Assembly (NCBI GenBank): GCA_964016885.1
Contig: OZ024743.1
Coordinates: forward strand, 249,054,001-249,118,000
Direction: 5' to 3'
From: Eledone cirrhosa
Lineage: Eukaryota
Length of the DNA: 64,000 nt
Position numbers and translations under genes: made by a program
Notes under the pieces: model-generated
Told to the model about the DNA's origin: nothing
Database searches by the model: none
What the model saw: the letters and a program-made list of their open reading frames with translations, nothing else
Part shown: positions 1-13,924 of the stretch, piece after piece
Layout of the letters: the number at the start of each line of letters is the position of its first letter
How positions within the stretch are numbered: position 1 is the first letter of the stretch

Positions 1-803
1 GCTTCTACAGTCTGGATTTCTTTGTGTTGTGAAGGTTCACAGGGAGAGAGAGAGAGAGAAACTATTGCTTGTGGACTTGCTTCAAGCACTGGAAGGTTGC
101 TACTTTCCAATTTACCCATAATCTACTACTTTGACAGTAATAAGTTAACTACACAAACTCACATAACATCTTTCCAACCTTTAGACATTAATGCTCAGAC
201 AAAACATACATACACCCTAAAAGCTCTGAGTTTTTTTTAAAAATAAAATAATAACTTTCTTATTCTTGTTATTTTCAAATTATTCACATATATATATATT
301 TAAATTTAAGAAAATTAATAAAGAGAGGACAAGACAACAAACGGAAACAAAGCAAAACGAAAATCAATTTTTTAAGGGAAAATCTTTAAAAATTATAAAA
401 AAAAAAAAAAAAAAATGCAAACAAAGGACACATAACTACAGGGTTGAGATGGACTTTGGCAGTTTCAACCTCCTACCAATGGTACTGCTGGTCCACCTGG
501 AGTCACAGCATCTGACACAAGCTAAACACTGTCCAGTGGAATAAGAGACGAGAGACAAAACACACACACACATATATATTTTATTTTTTATCATTTATTT
601 TGTTTTGAGCTGTTTAGCTTGATTTGGTTTTTGGCTTGGGTGGTTAATGCCTTCTTGACCACCTTTTCAGTTTTGTATGGCTTCTTAACACATTGTTTAG
701 CTCTGGTTTTTAACTATTGAGCACTTTGCCAGTATCATTTCTGATTTTTGCGTTTCGCTTCGCTTTTCCTGCCCGCTGAAATGCGATTCTCGCTGAATCT
801 TTA

Positions 804-845
<42 letters not shown>

Positions 846-850
<5 letters not shown>

Positions 851-1615
851 GCCAGCATTAACTTTGGAGGCATACTTTCTGAGCTTTTTCAGGAGAAAAT
901 GATGTGAAACCTTGATGCACCTACTCTCTTTGCAAGATATTTTGTTGCCATGCTCTGTCGTGCTTTCCAAAACAACAATAAAGGAATATATGTAAGATAT
1001 CTTAATACAAGAAATATCTTTCATGGAAATTTTGAGCAAAGAGTTCACCTCACTAATAAGAGTTTGCTGATGACTGTGACCTTGTCAGTCATACTGAGTA
1101 TGGATTGCAATTGTTGATTTCTGCATTTGATTCAGCATGTGATATCTTTATCTTGACTATAACTTTAAATAAAATGGTAGTTTTGTGTCAACCTGCACCT
1201 GGACAAGTTGTGCAACAACCTAAAATGTATGTAAAAGGTAATCTTCTTAAGGTTGTTGAATCCTTAATATACTTTGGGAGTGTAGTGAATAAAGATGGAA
1301 CATTGGATTCAGAAATATCTCTAAGGATTCAAAAGGCAGTGAAATATTTTGGTAGTTTTGTCTCAGGTTTGGTCACAAAGACATCAAGAATCAAACAAAA
1401 ATATGTTTATAGATCCTTTGTTTTATCTCCTCTCTACTCTTCTGAAACTTGGAATCATTACAGGAGTCTAAAGTGATATTTGTAACATGTTCATCAAAAA
1501 TGCTTATGCTATATTCTGAAAATAAAATGGAATTCATTCACTCCTAACTAATGTTCTAGCTGCATCTGGTTTTTGTTCCATCCAGCCAATACTTTTAAAA
1601 AACCAACTGCATTAC
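846..1615 (+). mobile_element. Degenerate RTE (BovB-like) LINE RT fragment
   Basis: FADDCDLVSH at about 1063-1092 and ORF 1105-1476 (VVLCQPAPG, YFGS, LDSEISLRIQKA) align by eye with the RT of 27537-29855; stops and frameshifts present. Confidence 0.85.
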
Positions 1616-1624
1616 TTCTGCAAT

Positions 1625-2630
1625 ACAACATGCTACCAGTTAACTCAATCTTGTGTCATCTTCTTGAGGTCAACCTTCACCACATCATTCCATGTTTTCC
1701 TGGGTCTTCCCTTTCCATAGTTTCCATCGACTTTGAGTGCTCTATATTCATTATGCAGCTGCAATCCTCCATATGCATCAAATATCCATACCATCACAGT
1801 CTCCTCTCATGCATACTGCATCTGATCTCTCTTATGTGAAGTCTTTCTCTCAGCTCATTGATGCTTCTTCCTTCATGTACACTATTTTTACATATTCATT
1901 GGAGCATACTTACTTCATTTTTTCCAATCTTTGTAAGTCTTTTATACATAAAATCTAAGTCTCACTTCCATGCAGTATTTCCATTTACATACAAGCATCA
2001 TACAATCTGTCTTTCATCCTAAGGGAGAAACGTTTTGTAGCCAATAGTTGTAGCTCCCTGAACTTTTTCTAACCAGTTCTCACTATGGATGGTGTACGAT
2101 CAGAACACCCACCTCCACTGTTAATTTGGTCACCTAAGTAACAATCTGTCAACTACCTGGAGGGAGTCATCTGAGCATTTGATAGAGCTTGTTTCATGTG
2201 AGCTCTTACTGCTGTGCATCTTCCATTCCATTTTAGCCTGCCCAAGATCCAACTGCGTTTGGTGTACCCATAGTTTACATTTTGTACATAGAATGGAATT
2301 TCAACCTACTCCTTTCCTGCATAGTTAACAAGTCATTTTCCTTGAAGGAATAAGGGCCCTATTTTCTTTTTTACTAACTAGGACTTTAGTCTTTGCCATA
2401 TTGACTTTAAGGCTTTTCAATTCCAGGTTTTCCTTCCAAGTCAGGAATTTCTTCTTGAACTCTACTGTAGACTCTACTACGATGACTAGATCATGAGCAG
2501 CTTTTCACCAACTCCTCTGTTATGGACTGGGGAACAATAATAAACATGAAGGGGCTGAGGACAGGACTCTGGTGGAACCCCACCTGTATACTAAATTTGT
2601 CACTATACTCGATGTTAACTTTAATTTTTA
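1625..2630 (-). mobile_element. Old degenerate copy of the PHD-RTE LINE (RT 3' part)
   Basis: Minus-strand remnants QVGFHQSPVLSPFMFIIV, a PHD remnant and GGCSDRT; many disruptions. Confidence 0.8.
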
Positions 2631-2639
2631 TGGTTGGAA

Positions 2640-3520
2640 GGGTCCTCAGTGCAGCATCTCTCCACTTGTTGCATTCCTTTGTCATCTCTGTGTTTTGACG
2701 ATTTGAGATCAGCTCTCACCACATTTGTCCAAGTCTTCCTTGGCCTTCCTCTACTGCAGCTTCCTTCCATTGATTACGTGGCACTTCTTCAGCCAGTGAT
2801 CATTGTGCATCACATGGCCATACTAACAGTCTCCTCTCTTGCACACTGCATTTGATTCATCTTATACCAAGTTTCTCTCAGTTCATCCATGCTTTGTTGT
2901 TCTCGTGCATTAACATAGCACATCCATCAAACCAGGCTTGCTTCATTTCTCTCCAGCCTTTGTATGCCCTCTGCATTCACTGCCCCTATCTCACTACCAT
3001 GCAACATCATACTGCACACACAGGCGCCATACAGTTGACCTTTTGTTCATAGAGAGAAACCTTTTGTTGTCAGCAAAGGTAGCATTTTTATAAACTTTTT
3101 CCATCCTATCCTTATTCAAGCTATGCTCTCGGAGCACCCTCCTCCACTGCTAATTATATCATCCAGGTAGCAAAGCTATCGACCAATTTTATGAATCCTT
3201 CCTGGGATTGGAAAAGGTTTATATTATTTATTTTATTATTATTGGCACTCTTACTATCAATTGACCCTGAACATCTACTACATACAAAATCTTTCCTTCC
3301 TTTTAGTCTGCCTGTTATCCCACTACATCTCTTGTGTACCCATGATTTGCACTGTGTACATCATTTTGAGTATATGCCTACTCCATTTCTACATATCAAG
3401 TTAGGCCACTTCCCTGATGAGATTGATGCCCAATATTCTCTCCAACTTATTAACATTTTGGGATTTGCTAAATTTACTCTAAGCCCTTTTAATTCTATGT
3501 ACTGTTTCTACAGCTGGAAG
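2640..3520 (-). mobile_element. Old degenerate copy of the PHD-RTE LINE (RT 3' part)
   Basis: Similar to 8000-8800 on the opposite strand, including a PHD remnant (WVHKRCSGITG) near 3310-3345. Confidence 0.8.
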
Positions 3521-3711
3521 AAGGAGGAAATGAAACACTACACAAAACAAAGGCAAATATTACATATCAAGCTTTGCTATCAAAATCTACTTTTTGTCTA
3601 CAAGCAATAGTAATTGACTGTCCTGCCGCCACACCAGTTTAACTGCTTTCAATTTAAATAAAGTTTCGTATGAAAGTAGGTTTCCTGTGCTGATAAAACA
3701 AAGTATACATG

Positions 3712-3820
3712 AGCAGGTATAGCTGTGTGGTTAATGAATTCACTTCACAACCATGTAGTTACTGTGTGATACCTCAGGCAAGTGTCTTCTATTATAACCT
3801 CAGATTCAACCAATGCCTCT
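3712..3820 (+). mobile_element. CORE-type tRNA-derived SINE, degenerate
   Basis: gcaggtatagctgtgtggtt head and ggcaagtgtcttctattata core; related copies at 21100-21200, 26330-26715(-), 52094-52250, 60075-60190(-), 63530-63610(-). Confidence 0.65.
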
Positions 3821-5473
3821 CTATGTGCAAAACTCCAAGACTATGGGGTCTTTAACCTTTATATTTATTGTACACAGTTACATGATTATGCATACATATA
3901 CCCACATAACATGTACATACACTTAGATATACTGTTATTGATAAACAACCAAAGATTTTGCAACAGACAGACTAATTTCAAATATACTTTTACATAAATA
4001 TGCATTCATACACAGATTTATAAATACACATAGGTGTTAATATGCTTCACTCAACCAAGTGAAAACAGACATTATTTTCAATTGTATGAGACATACAGAT
4101 TAAAAGGGATGTGTGCTTATTCTTTTATCATTGCCTATGGGGAACTGGAAACTCAGAGTTCTTATAATGTTGTAGTGACCTACATTCCGCGGGCTCACAT
4201 GCATTCTCTGTGCGTGATTTGGCTCAGCTCAGCCAATCAGCGCCAGCAGAAGAGGATGTATCCCTACGCGTCCTGAGAGAGAAATTACCCGCGAAGATTT
4301 GAAGAAAATCTCTCTCCCGCACCTGGGACTTCGAACCAGCAACACGTACATGTGACGGTGAGATTTTGCACCTTAACTTGCCAACTTTCCGGCGCAATGA
4401 CACATTCCCTTTTGTAACCTCATTTTTATGTGTAACTTCAAATATACAAGTTAACCAACATTATTTGTGCTACAACAAAAATAAACATACATTTCATCTC
4501 TAATTTCTGCATCATTATTATGTTACTCGTGTCTCAATAACATTTAATTGACCATGCTGCTAAAATGTTATTAAATGTATTGCTCATGAGTTAGTACATA
4601 AAGGATGTTATCTTTGCTTATGCACGAAGACCAAAAGAGAGATGAGATGAGAAATAAAAGTAATAGAGGGAGACACATTTCTCTTTTCTTTTCCATTTTC
4701 TTCAAAATATTCGTCTCACACAAACTTCAAGGTCATTCATGACTGTGTTAGGAAGGACATCCAGCCATAGAAACCAATCTAAACCAGTTCTGTATAAGTA
4801 AGACATGGTCATCTGACCTGGCTTGTCTCAATGGGACAACTCATTTAACCCATGCTAGCATGGAAAAATGGACGTAAAACTGGTGATGATGATGATATAG
4901 ACAGCGAATGTGGCTGGACAAAGTTTATCTTTGTATAGTGAGTTGGTTTTAGATTTAATTTTAATTTTATTACGTTAGTGGCTTTTTTGAAGTGACAATT
5001 TTGGTTTCTTGTTTCAGTTTAGGTTTATTGGTTATAAGTTTCAGGATTTGTTGGTTAGATGTTAAGTATTTGTAGGATGAGTGTGGTTGTTGTGGTCGTT
5101 ATTTTGTGTTAAGTATTATGTTTTTTGTAACTAAGTAATTGTATTTTCCCTGGTGTGTCTTCAGTTTATTGTATTTCATTTATGTGGTTGGGAAAGATTA
5201 TATAAAGGAAAAAAAACTTACACATGTGTGTATGTGTATGCATATATGTATAAGTATATATATTTGTATGTATATATATATGTATATACATTTATATTAG
5301 TATTTTGTGGATGATTTTGGTTGTTGAGGATATTGTTTTAATGTGTTTAGTCTGTTTTTGGGACTGGGTTATTGTATTTTGTGTGGTGTCTTTTGACTAG
5401 TTTAGGCTTGTTTTATTTGTTTACTTGTATTTTGTTGTTGGGTGGGGTTATGTTAAAAAGAATCATATATATG

Positions 5474-5524
<51 letters not shown>

Positions 5525-5526
<2 letters not shown>

Positions 5527-5830
5527 CAGAGGACTTGACTTCCCATGGGCACAGGCTGAAGCTGAAGCATATATACAGTTGTCCCAACCCACCCTCCATG
5601 AACATAGGCTGAAGTTAATGCATCCTGTGAAACCCCCAGTCCACACTGTAAAGTGGTCATGTAGGTGTCACAACAAAAGGCACCCAGTACTCACTGTAAA
5701 TGAGGTTGGTCTTGGAAGGGCATCCAGCTGCAGAAACCAAACCAGAATCAGTTCTGTTTGAGCAAGACAAGGTCACCTGACTTAGCATTACCCACAACAG
5801 GACAACTTATCTAACCCGTGCAAGCATGAT
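5525..5830 (+). mobile_element. Isolated PHD-RTE 3' UTR fragment
   Basis: Matches LINE 3' UTR modules (cactgtaaa...ggttgg...ggaagggcatccagc...ctaacccgtgcaagcatg). Confidence 0.75.
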
Positions 5831-6035
5831 TATATATATAGATATATATATATAATTCCTCGTTCTCCTCATATGTGTATATATATATCGGCCGCGGATG
5901 GCTAACATAACCCCACCCCCCGCGCCCCACCGCTCCCACCCTCCAAACGCAATCCTTCAGAGTTGGTACCATGAATGTAGGCACCTTAAAGGGTCGCTCT
6001 AACGAAATGACAATGGGCTGGGTGGAGTAGGAATC

Positions 6036-8837
6036 ATGGTAGCAGAAAAGTCGGTAGATAAGATAATAGACGTAAATAGAGTGAACGACAGAATAATTAA
6101 AATAAGACTTGTCCTCAATAGAACTACTGTGACAATAATATCTGCATACGCACCACAATCCGGACTGCCTGGCATTATAAAAGACAGATTCTATGAGACG
6201 TTAATGCTCACTACCTACCAAATAACTGACTGTGACTACATAGTTATCGCTCGCGCCCTAAATGGTCACGTTGGACAACATTGTGACGGCTATGACGGAA
6301 TCCATGGAGGCTATGGGTTTGGTACTAGAAATGAGGAAGGCTCCAGAATCCTGGAATTCTGTGATGCAAATAACCTAACTATCTGTAACACTAACTTAAA
6401 AAAACGAGACAATCACTTGATCACCTATAGATCGGGGGAACACACAAGCCAGGTAGATTATATCCTTACCAGAAGACGTGACAGAGTGTCTGTTGTAAAC
6501 ACTAAATCCCTCCCCCATGAAGAATGCACCTCTCAACATAGACTCATAATTAGTGACCTCATAGTCAGGACGAGACGTACTCGACAACAGAAAAGGACTA
6601 TCCTCAGGAGAAAAATATGGAGGTTAAAAGACCCCACAGCCAGTAATAAATTTAAAAGCATATTACTTGATGCTTTTGATAGTAAGGAAGAGCAATTAGA
6701 GTCGTACAATATAGAGGAACAGTGGGAATTCCTGAAAGCTAACCTGCTGAAAGCGACAGATGAAACCTGTGGCTGGAGCAGACCTTTAGGCAGGAGGAGA
6801 GTAACTTGGTGGTGGAGGGGTCAATCAAGGCCAAAGAGCAGGCTTGGAAAGCATGGCGAGATGGGGGAAGTATAGAAGACTATCAAGTGGCTAGGAGGGA
6901 AGCTAGGAGACAAGTGTACTTCGCAAGAAGGAAAGAAAGTTCAAGCATGTTCTACAACGCGAGGACCAAAAACGTGAGGTGTTCAGGATTGCTAGGCAAT
7001 GTGTCAATGAAAACAGTGATATTATCGGGGAGAAGTGTGTCCTAAATGATGATGGTGTACTTGCCATCACTGACGCTGATAAGAAGGTAGCTTGGAAGTG
7101 TCCCTACGAAAGGCTACTAATTGAGGAGAATAATTGGGAGAACGACAGTCTCCCCCACATCGACCCAATAGAGGGACCAGCAGTGCAAGTTAAAGGTAGT
7201 ATAATAAGTAAGGCGATCAAAGACATGAAGACGGGCAAGGCGGCTGGGCCTTCGGAAATAGTTGCTGAAATGCTGAAAGCATTTGGAACGGTGGGACACA
7301 CTATGGTCACCCGGATAGTAAACCAAGTCATACAGAATGGGGTCGTTCCGAAGGACTGGCGCATCATCATTAACTGCTACAAGGGTAAAGGTGATGCCCT
7401 TCATAGGGGAAACTATAGAGGCATTAAATTAATTGACCAGGTCATGAAGGTCACAGAAAAAGTAATAACGCAACTAATCAGAGAGCGAATTGATCTAGAC
7501 GAAATGCAGTTCGGGTTTGTGTCAGGTAAAAGTACAACAGACGCTCTCTTCATTGTACGACAACTACAGGAGAAGTACCTAGCTAAAAGTAAACCCCTAT
7601 ACTTAGCCTTTGTTGACTTGGAGAAAGCCTTTGACAGAGTACCCCGCTCGATTATCTGGTGGACCCTTAGAAAACTAGGTGTTGATGAATGGCTTGTGAG
7701 AGCTATACAAGCCATGTATAAAGAAACAGTCAGCAAGGTTAGAATTAACAACGAATATAGTGAAGAGTTTAGCGTAAAAGTTGGTGTTCATCAGGGCTCC
7801 GTCCTTAGCCCCTTACTATTTATTATTGCCCTTCAGGCTATAACAGAGGAGTTCAAGACCGGCTGCCCATGGGAACTCCTATATGCAGATGATTTAACGC
7901 TCATAGCTGAATCAATGGCTGAACTAGAGAAGAAATTCCAAACATGGAAGCATGGCCTAGAATCAAAAGGCCTTAAAGTTAACTTGTCTAAGACTAAAGT
8001 TCTAGTTTGTAGGAAGGAAAATAGGGCACCGGTCCCATCTGGGAAATGGTCATGCTCAGTGTGTAGGAAAGGAGTAGGCAGAAACTCCATTTTATGTCCC
8101 AAATGCAAAGTATGGGTGCATAAAAGATGTAGTGGGATCACAGGTAAGCTAACTAAGAATATAGATTTTATATGTGGCCGGTGCTCTGGTGCAATAAGTA
8201 GCAGCAAGTGCCCACAGAATACTAGCTCATTCCATTGCACAGATGGTTCTATAGAAATAGTGGACAGCTATCGTTACCTGGGTGACAAAATCAGCAGTGG
8301 GGGAGGGTGCTCTGAAAGTACAGTAGCTAGAGTCAGAACGGGATGGAAAAAGTTCAGAGAGCTTATACCACTATGGCTGCTAAAGGGTACTCTCTAAAAA
8401 TGAAAGGCAGGCTGTATGATGCCTGCATACGAACAGCAATGTTACATGGCAGTGAGACCTGGGCATTGGGTGCAGGGGATATACGCAGACTGGAGAAGAA
8501 CGAAGCTTGCATGCTCTGTTGGATGTGTAATAGTAATATACGTGAACGGCAAAGCATAAACGAACTAAGGGAAAAAGTAGAAATAAGAGGGATCAGATGT
8601 TGTTTACTCGAGAGAAGACTACGTTGGTATGGTCACGTGATGCGCATGAAAGACGACAGCTGTATAAAAAAGTGCAGGGCAATAAAAATAGACGGTAGCC
8701 ACGGAGTAGGCAGACCCAGAAAAACCTGGGACGACTTGATAAATTCCGACCTCACACACTTACACCTCTCCAAGACAATGTCACTGGACCGAGATCTTTG
8801 GCGCTACACAGTAATACAGAAGACCCGCCTTGCCTAA
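6036..8837 (+). pseudogene. Disrupted LINE EN-RT(PHD) coding region
   Basis: Four overlapping ORFs (6036-6875, 6806-7045, 6979-8397, 8343-8837) join into one RTE polyprotein through frameshifts. Confidence 0.92.
8053..8184 (+). other. PHD finger (C4HC3) coding segment inside the RT domain
   Basis: CSVC-x10-CPKC-x4-H-x2-C-x14-CGRC with a WVH motif, between GLKVNLSKTKVL and YRYLG. Confidence 0.9.
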
Positions 8838-9784
8838 GTACAAAGCGAAACCTACAGTCAGTAGGCACCTCTATCAAAACACACCCCCGTCCCACTACCC
8901 CCACCCCATCCACACCACCCCCTTAAATGTGAAGTTATGTTGGTACCACAACATCCAGTCTGAAACAAATGAGGTCGTGTAGGTGTCACGACAAAAAAAC
9001 ACACAGTCCACGCTGTAATGTGGCCATGTAGGTAACACGGTAAAAACCTCCCAGTCCACACTGTAAACGTGGTTGGTGTTAGGAACGGCATCCAGCCGTA
9101 GAAAACCCACCAGACAGTCCTATACGAGCAGGATAACCAATCTTGCCTCAAGTGGGCAAACTCCCATCCAAACCCATGCAAGCGTGGAAGATGGACGTTA
9201 AACGATGATGATGATGATGATGATATATTTGTCCATGCTGTAAATGTTGCCAAGGGCATCTAGCCATAGAAACCAAGCCAGAAACAGTTCTGAATGAGCA
9301 AGACATGGTCAGCTGATCTGGCTTATCTCACAATGAGTCAACTCATCTAACCCATGCTAGCGTGGAAAAATGGATGTTATTCAGTGATGATGATATATTC
9401 ACATGTATATATGATGATGACGAGGAAAAGGATCACACACACACATACACACATATGTCTTCTATACATGAAGAGGAATAAGTCACGTATTGTTTGTTCA
9501 ATGTGCATGTTTACTTGGGAGAACAGTTGAGTGCAAGTGAGGTGATGAAAATTCTGTATATCATCATTATCATTATCATTTTTACACCCATCTTTCTCTG
9601 ATGTCATGTGTTGGATGGGATTTTTTGCAGTAGTGTCTTACAACCTACTGACCTTTCCAACTTACTGGGATATGATAATAAAATTGTGTACAGAGCTCAG
9701 GTGCATGTATAGTACATAGAATAATGTACAAATGTCTGGAAAGTGAACAGTGTATGAATCATGATATACATGTGTGTGTGTGTA

Positions 9785-10130
9785 TGGAGGGGGATATCAG
9801 GTGTAGTGTTGGCGAATTTCAGAAGCATGGAGGTTTTAAAGGATGCAGTGTCTCGACAGCTAACAACTGATGCAGGTAGTTTGTTCCATGCTTCAGAAAA
9901 TCTGAGCGTGAAAAAATGTTTCCGAAAGTCATGGGGACTGTGCTGTTTTCTGACTTGTAGGCATGTCCACGTGTGTTAGACACATGGAAATCAAAAAGGT
10001 GCTCAGGGTTGTTGTTGTTGGCAAGATGGTTAATAATTTTGAGTGTTTACCAAGTCAGTTGCCAGACATCTGAACTTCAATGTATTCATGCCCAGGGAAG
10101 CAAGGCGTTCAGAGTATGGTAGATGCCTGG
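9785..10130 (-). mobile_element. CR1-clade LINE 3' fragment
   Basis: Minus strand reads RHLPYSERLASLGMNTLKFRCLATDL, like the CR1 motif YEERLxxLGLxSLExRRLxxDL. Confidence 0.75.
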
Positions 10131-11191
10131 ATACACACACACACATATGGAAAGGAACTGATCATTAGATTAGTCAAAGGTTTATCCATTGCTAATACTA
10201 TCTGGCCATTACAACTCTTGACAGAAAGAGCAGCAATGTGAAATAAATACATTTTGAACCACCTGGTTCAAGAATCAAACCCATGAACTTATGATCATGA
10301 ACCTAACACCTAACCACTAGGCCCTGAACCATAACAAACATACACACATACACACAAACACACCATCATCATTGTTTTATGTTTGCTTTTCCATGCATAC
10401 ATGGGTTGGACTGGTTTTTGCCAGCCCAGCAACCCTCAACTTGTGGTCCTTTGTCATCTCTGTCATCTTCAGTGATTTGAGATCAGTTCTCATAACCTCA
10501 GCCCAAGACTTTCACAGTTTCCTTCTACAGGGAACTCCTGGCACTTCTCACCCAACAGTCATAATCCATATGTACCACATATTCATACCAGCACAGTCTT
10601 CTCTCTCGCACATTACATCTGATTTCTCTTATATCCAGCTTTTGACTGAGCTCATCCATGTTTTGTCGTTCATGCATATTAACATTGCACTTCTATTGAA
10701 GCATGCTCACTTCATTCTTCTCCAACCTTTGTATATCCTTTGCTTACTTTGTATATCCCATGTCTTACTACCATACAACATCGCACATAAGCATCATGCA
10801 GCTGGCCTTTCATTTATAGAGAGAAGTACATCAATAGAGGTAGTAGCTCCCTGAACTTTTTCCATCTTGTTCTTATTCTAGCTACTGTGCTCACAGAGAA
10901 GCCCCCTCCACTGCTATTTATATCACCTAAGTAACAGAACCTTTCAACCACTTCTATGGATCCTTCTTGGGATTGAAAAAAGTTTATTTCACTGATGCTC
11001 TTAATATCAACTAACCCAGCGAATCTGCTACATACAAACTCTACCTTTATTGTTAGCCTGTCTGCTGTGCCACTACACCTCTTTTGTACCCAAGATTTAC
11101 ATTGTGTACATCATAAAGTTTCTATCTATTCCTTTTCTACATATCAAGTAAGGCCACTTCCTTGTTGGCATTAAGATCATGTCTTCTTTCC

Positions 11192-13094
11192 TCATCATCA
11201 TCATCATCATCACCGTTTTACGTCCGTTCTTCCACGCTAGCATGGGTTAGACGGGTTGTCCTGTTGTGTGCAGTGTCTGGTCGGCTGACCATGCCTTGCT
11301 CATACAGGAACTGATCTGGCTTGATTTCTACAGCTGGATGCCCTTCCTAACACCAACCTCATTTACAGTGAGTGTTGGGTGCTTTTTCGTGGCGCCTACA
11401 CGTCCACTTTACAGTGTGGGCTGGGTGCTTTTTTGCCGTGGCACCTCCACGACCACCTTGCGGTGGGGGGTGTGGGGGCATATTGTTTATATGCTTCAGC
11501 ATGTACCCATGGGAGGTCGGGTACTCTGTATTACTGCGTGACGCCAGAAGTCACGGTCGTGTGTCATTGTCTTTGAGAGGTGTAATTGGGTAAGGTCGGC
11601 TTTTATCACCTCATCCCAGGTCATCTTGGGTCTCCCCACTCCGCGGTTTCCATCAACTTCTAGTGCTCTGCACCTTATAATGCAGCTGTCATCTTTCATA
11701 CGCATCACATGTCCATACCAGCGCAACCGCCTCTCCTGCACACAGCATTTGATTCCTCTTATGCTCAGTCTCTCTCTCAATTCATTTATGCTTTGTCGTT
11801 CACGTATATTACTGTTACACATCCATCGGAGCATGCAGGCTTCGTTTCTCTCTAATCTACGTAAGTCTTCCACCTTCAGCGCCCAGGTCTCACTACCATG
11901 CAACATCGCTGTTCGGATACACGCATCATACAGTCTGCCTTTCATTCTGAGGGAGAAGCCTTTTGCAGCTAGCAGTGGTAGTAGTTCCCTAAACTTCTTC
12001 CATCCCGTTCTTACCCTAGTTATTGTACTTTCTGAACACCCACCTCCGTTGCTAATTCGGTCACCTAGGTAGCAGAAGCTGTCTACTGTTTCTACAGGGC
12101 CCTCCCAGAGATTGGTGGTACTTGTTTCCTGTGGCTGTTTGCTGCTTGCTGTTTCAGCACAGCTGCTGCATGTGAATCCTACATTCTTAATTAAGCTTCC
12201 TGAGATCCCGCTACATCTCTTGTGTACCCATTGTTTGCATTTGGGGCAGAGAATGGAGTTCCTACCTACACCTTTCCTACATACTGAGCAAGGCCATTTC
12301 CCTGAGGGGATCTGGGTTCTGTTTTCTCGTCTACTTACAAGGACCTTAGTCTTTGTCATGTTGACTTTGAGACCCTTTCTTTCTAGTCCCTGCTTCCAGG
12401 TTTGGAATTTATTCTCTAGTTCTACCATAGATTCAGCTATGAGTGCTAGGTCATCAACATACAGGAGTTCCCATGGGCATCCGGTCTTAAACTCCTCCGT
12501 TATTGCCTGCAGGACTATGATGAACAGGAGAGGGCTAAGAACAGAGCCCTGGTGGACCCCAACCTGTACGCTAAATTCCTCGCTATACTCATTGCTAATC
12601 CTAACTTTGCTGACTGCTCCCCTATACATGGCTTGTACCGCTTTCACAAGACATTCATCTACTCCTAGTTTTCTAAGAGCCCACCAGATTACAACACATG
12701 GAACTCTGTCAAAGGCTTTCTCAAGGTCGACAAATGCCAAGTAGAGTGGCTTACTTTTAGCTAGGTACTTTTCCTGTAATTGCCTCACAAGGAAGAGGGC
12801 ATCAGTGGTGCCTCTTCCTGGTACAAAACCAAATTGCATCTCGTCTATTTTCACCCGGTCCCTAATCAGCTGTGCTATAACTCTTTCTGTTACTTTCATG
12901 ACCTGGTCCATCAACTTTATACCTCTATAGTTTCCTCTATCTAGTGCATCGCCTTTACCTTTGTAGCAGTTGACAATGATGCTACTGCACCAATCTTTTG
13001 GTATGGCCCCTTCTAGTATTACCTGGTTAACGATACGTGTGGTTATAGTGTGGCCTACAGACCCAGATGCCTTCAGCACAGACCCAGATGCCTT
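11192..13094 (-). mobile_element. RTE LINE subfamily B, 5'-truncated, open RT-PHD ORF (11496-13079)
   Basis: 527-aa uninterrupted ORF (YVDD variant of YADD, PHD finger); 3' UTR and (GAT)n tail at about 11192-11212; flanking tttcct is a candidate TSD. Confidence 0.95.
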
Positions 13095-13682
13095 TCCTAC
13101 TTTTTAAAACTTTAGTTTCACCCAAGTTTACTCCAAGCCCTTTTGATTCTATGTTATGTTTCCAAAGCTGGAATTTCTGATCTAGCTCTTCCACAGACTT
13201 AGCTATAAGAACCAGGTTGTCAGCAGATAGGGACAGCCCTTCTTAAACTCCTCTTTTATTGCCTTGAGAACTACAATAAACAGGAATGGGCCGGGGCCTG
13301 AGCCCTGAAGAACACATATTTGAACACTGAATTCTTCACTAAACTCATGACCTACTCTCATTTCACTAACAGCTCCTCTGTACATGGTGTGCACTGCTCT
13401 CATTATCCGTTCTCCTATGCTTAGTTTCCTTAGGGACCACCAGATGACAGATCATAGTACTGTGTCAAAGGCCTCCTCCAGATCAACAAAGGCTAGATAT
13501 TATGGTTTACACTTAGTCAGAAACTTCTCTTGTATTTGTCTCACTAAGAAGAGGACATCTGTGGTGTTCCTCCCTGACACAAACCCAAACTAATTGCATC
13601 TCATCTAATTTGACTCGTTTCCTAATTAGTAGTGCTAGAACTCTTTCTCTCACTTTCATAACTTGGTTCATCAAGTAGATAA

Positions 13683-13892
13683 TGTTATTTTTTGATGAAA
13701 AAAATAATGCCATGATTGTGATGTTGACAATGTTTATTTTACAATAACAATATGTGACAGAATTTATCACTACATTAATTACTGGCTAGCTACTTCGAGC
13801 TAGCATGAATGCATGTATCAATATGATGATACAATATAACAGGGAGATGGAAGAATAGATGAAGAGTAGAAAAGTAAACAATATGAAACTTA

Positions 13893-13924
<32 letters not shown>

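Larger units (their letters stand above)
5888..9222 (+). mobile_element. RTE-clade LINE, subfamily A, near full length (APE endonuclease, RT with PHD insertion, 3' UTR, (GAT)n tail), frameshifted
   Basis: RVGTMNVGTL start motif near 5960; ORF 6036-6875 with SAYAPQ, NGHVG, SQVDYIL and SQHRLI; ORF 6979-8397 with AFVDLEKAFD, QGSVLSP and YADD; ORF 8343-8837 with RRLRWYGHV and GRPRKTW; (GAT)n tail about 9204-9222. Confidence 0.96.

Noticed and set aside
7104-8557. Recurrent antisense ORFs over LINE RT regions (also 11626-12744, 16229-17905, 37557-39065)
   Set aside because: Shadow frames of the RT ORF; they recur because the copies are related
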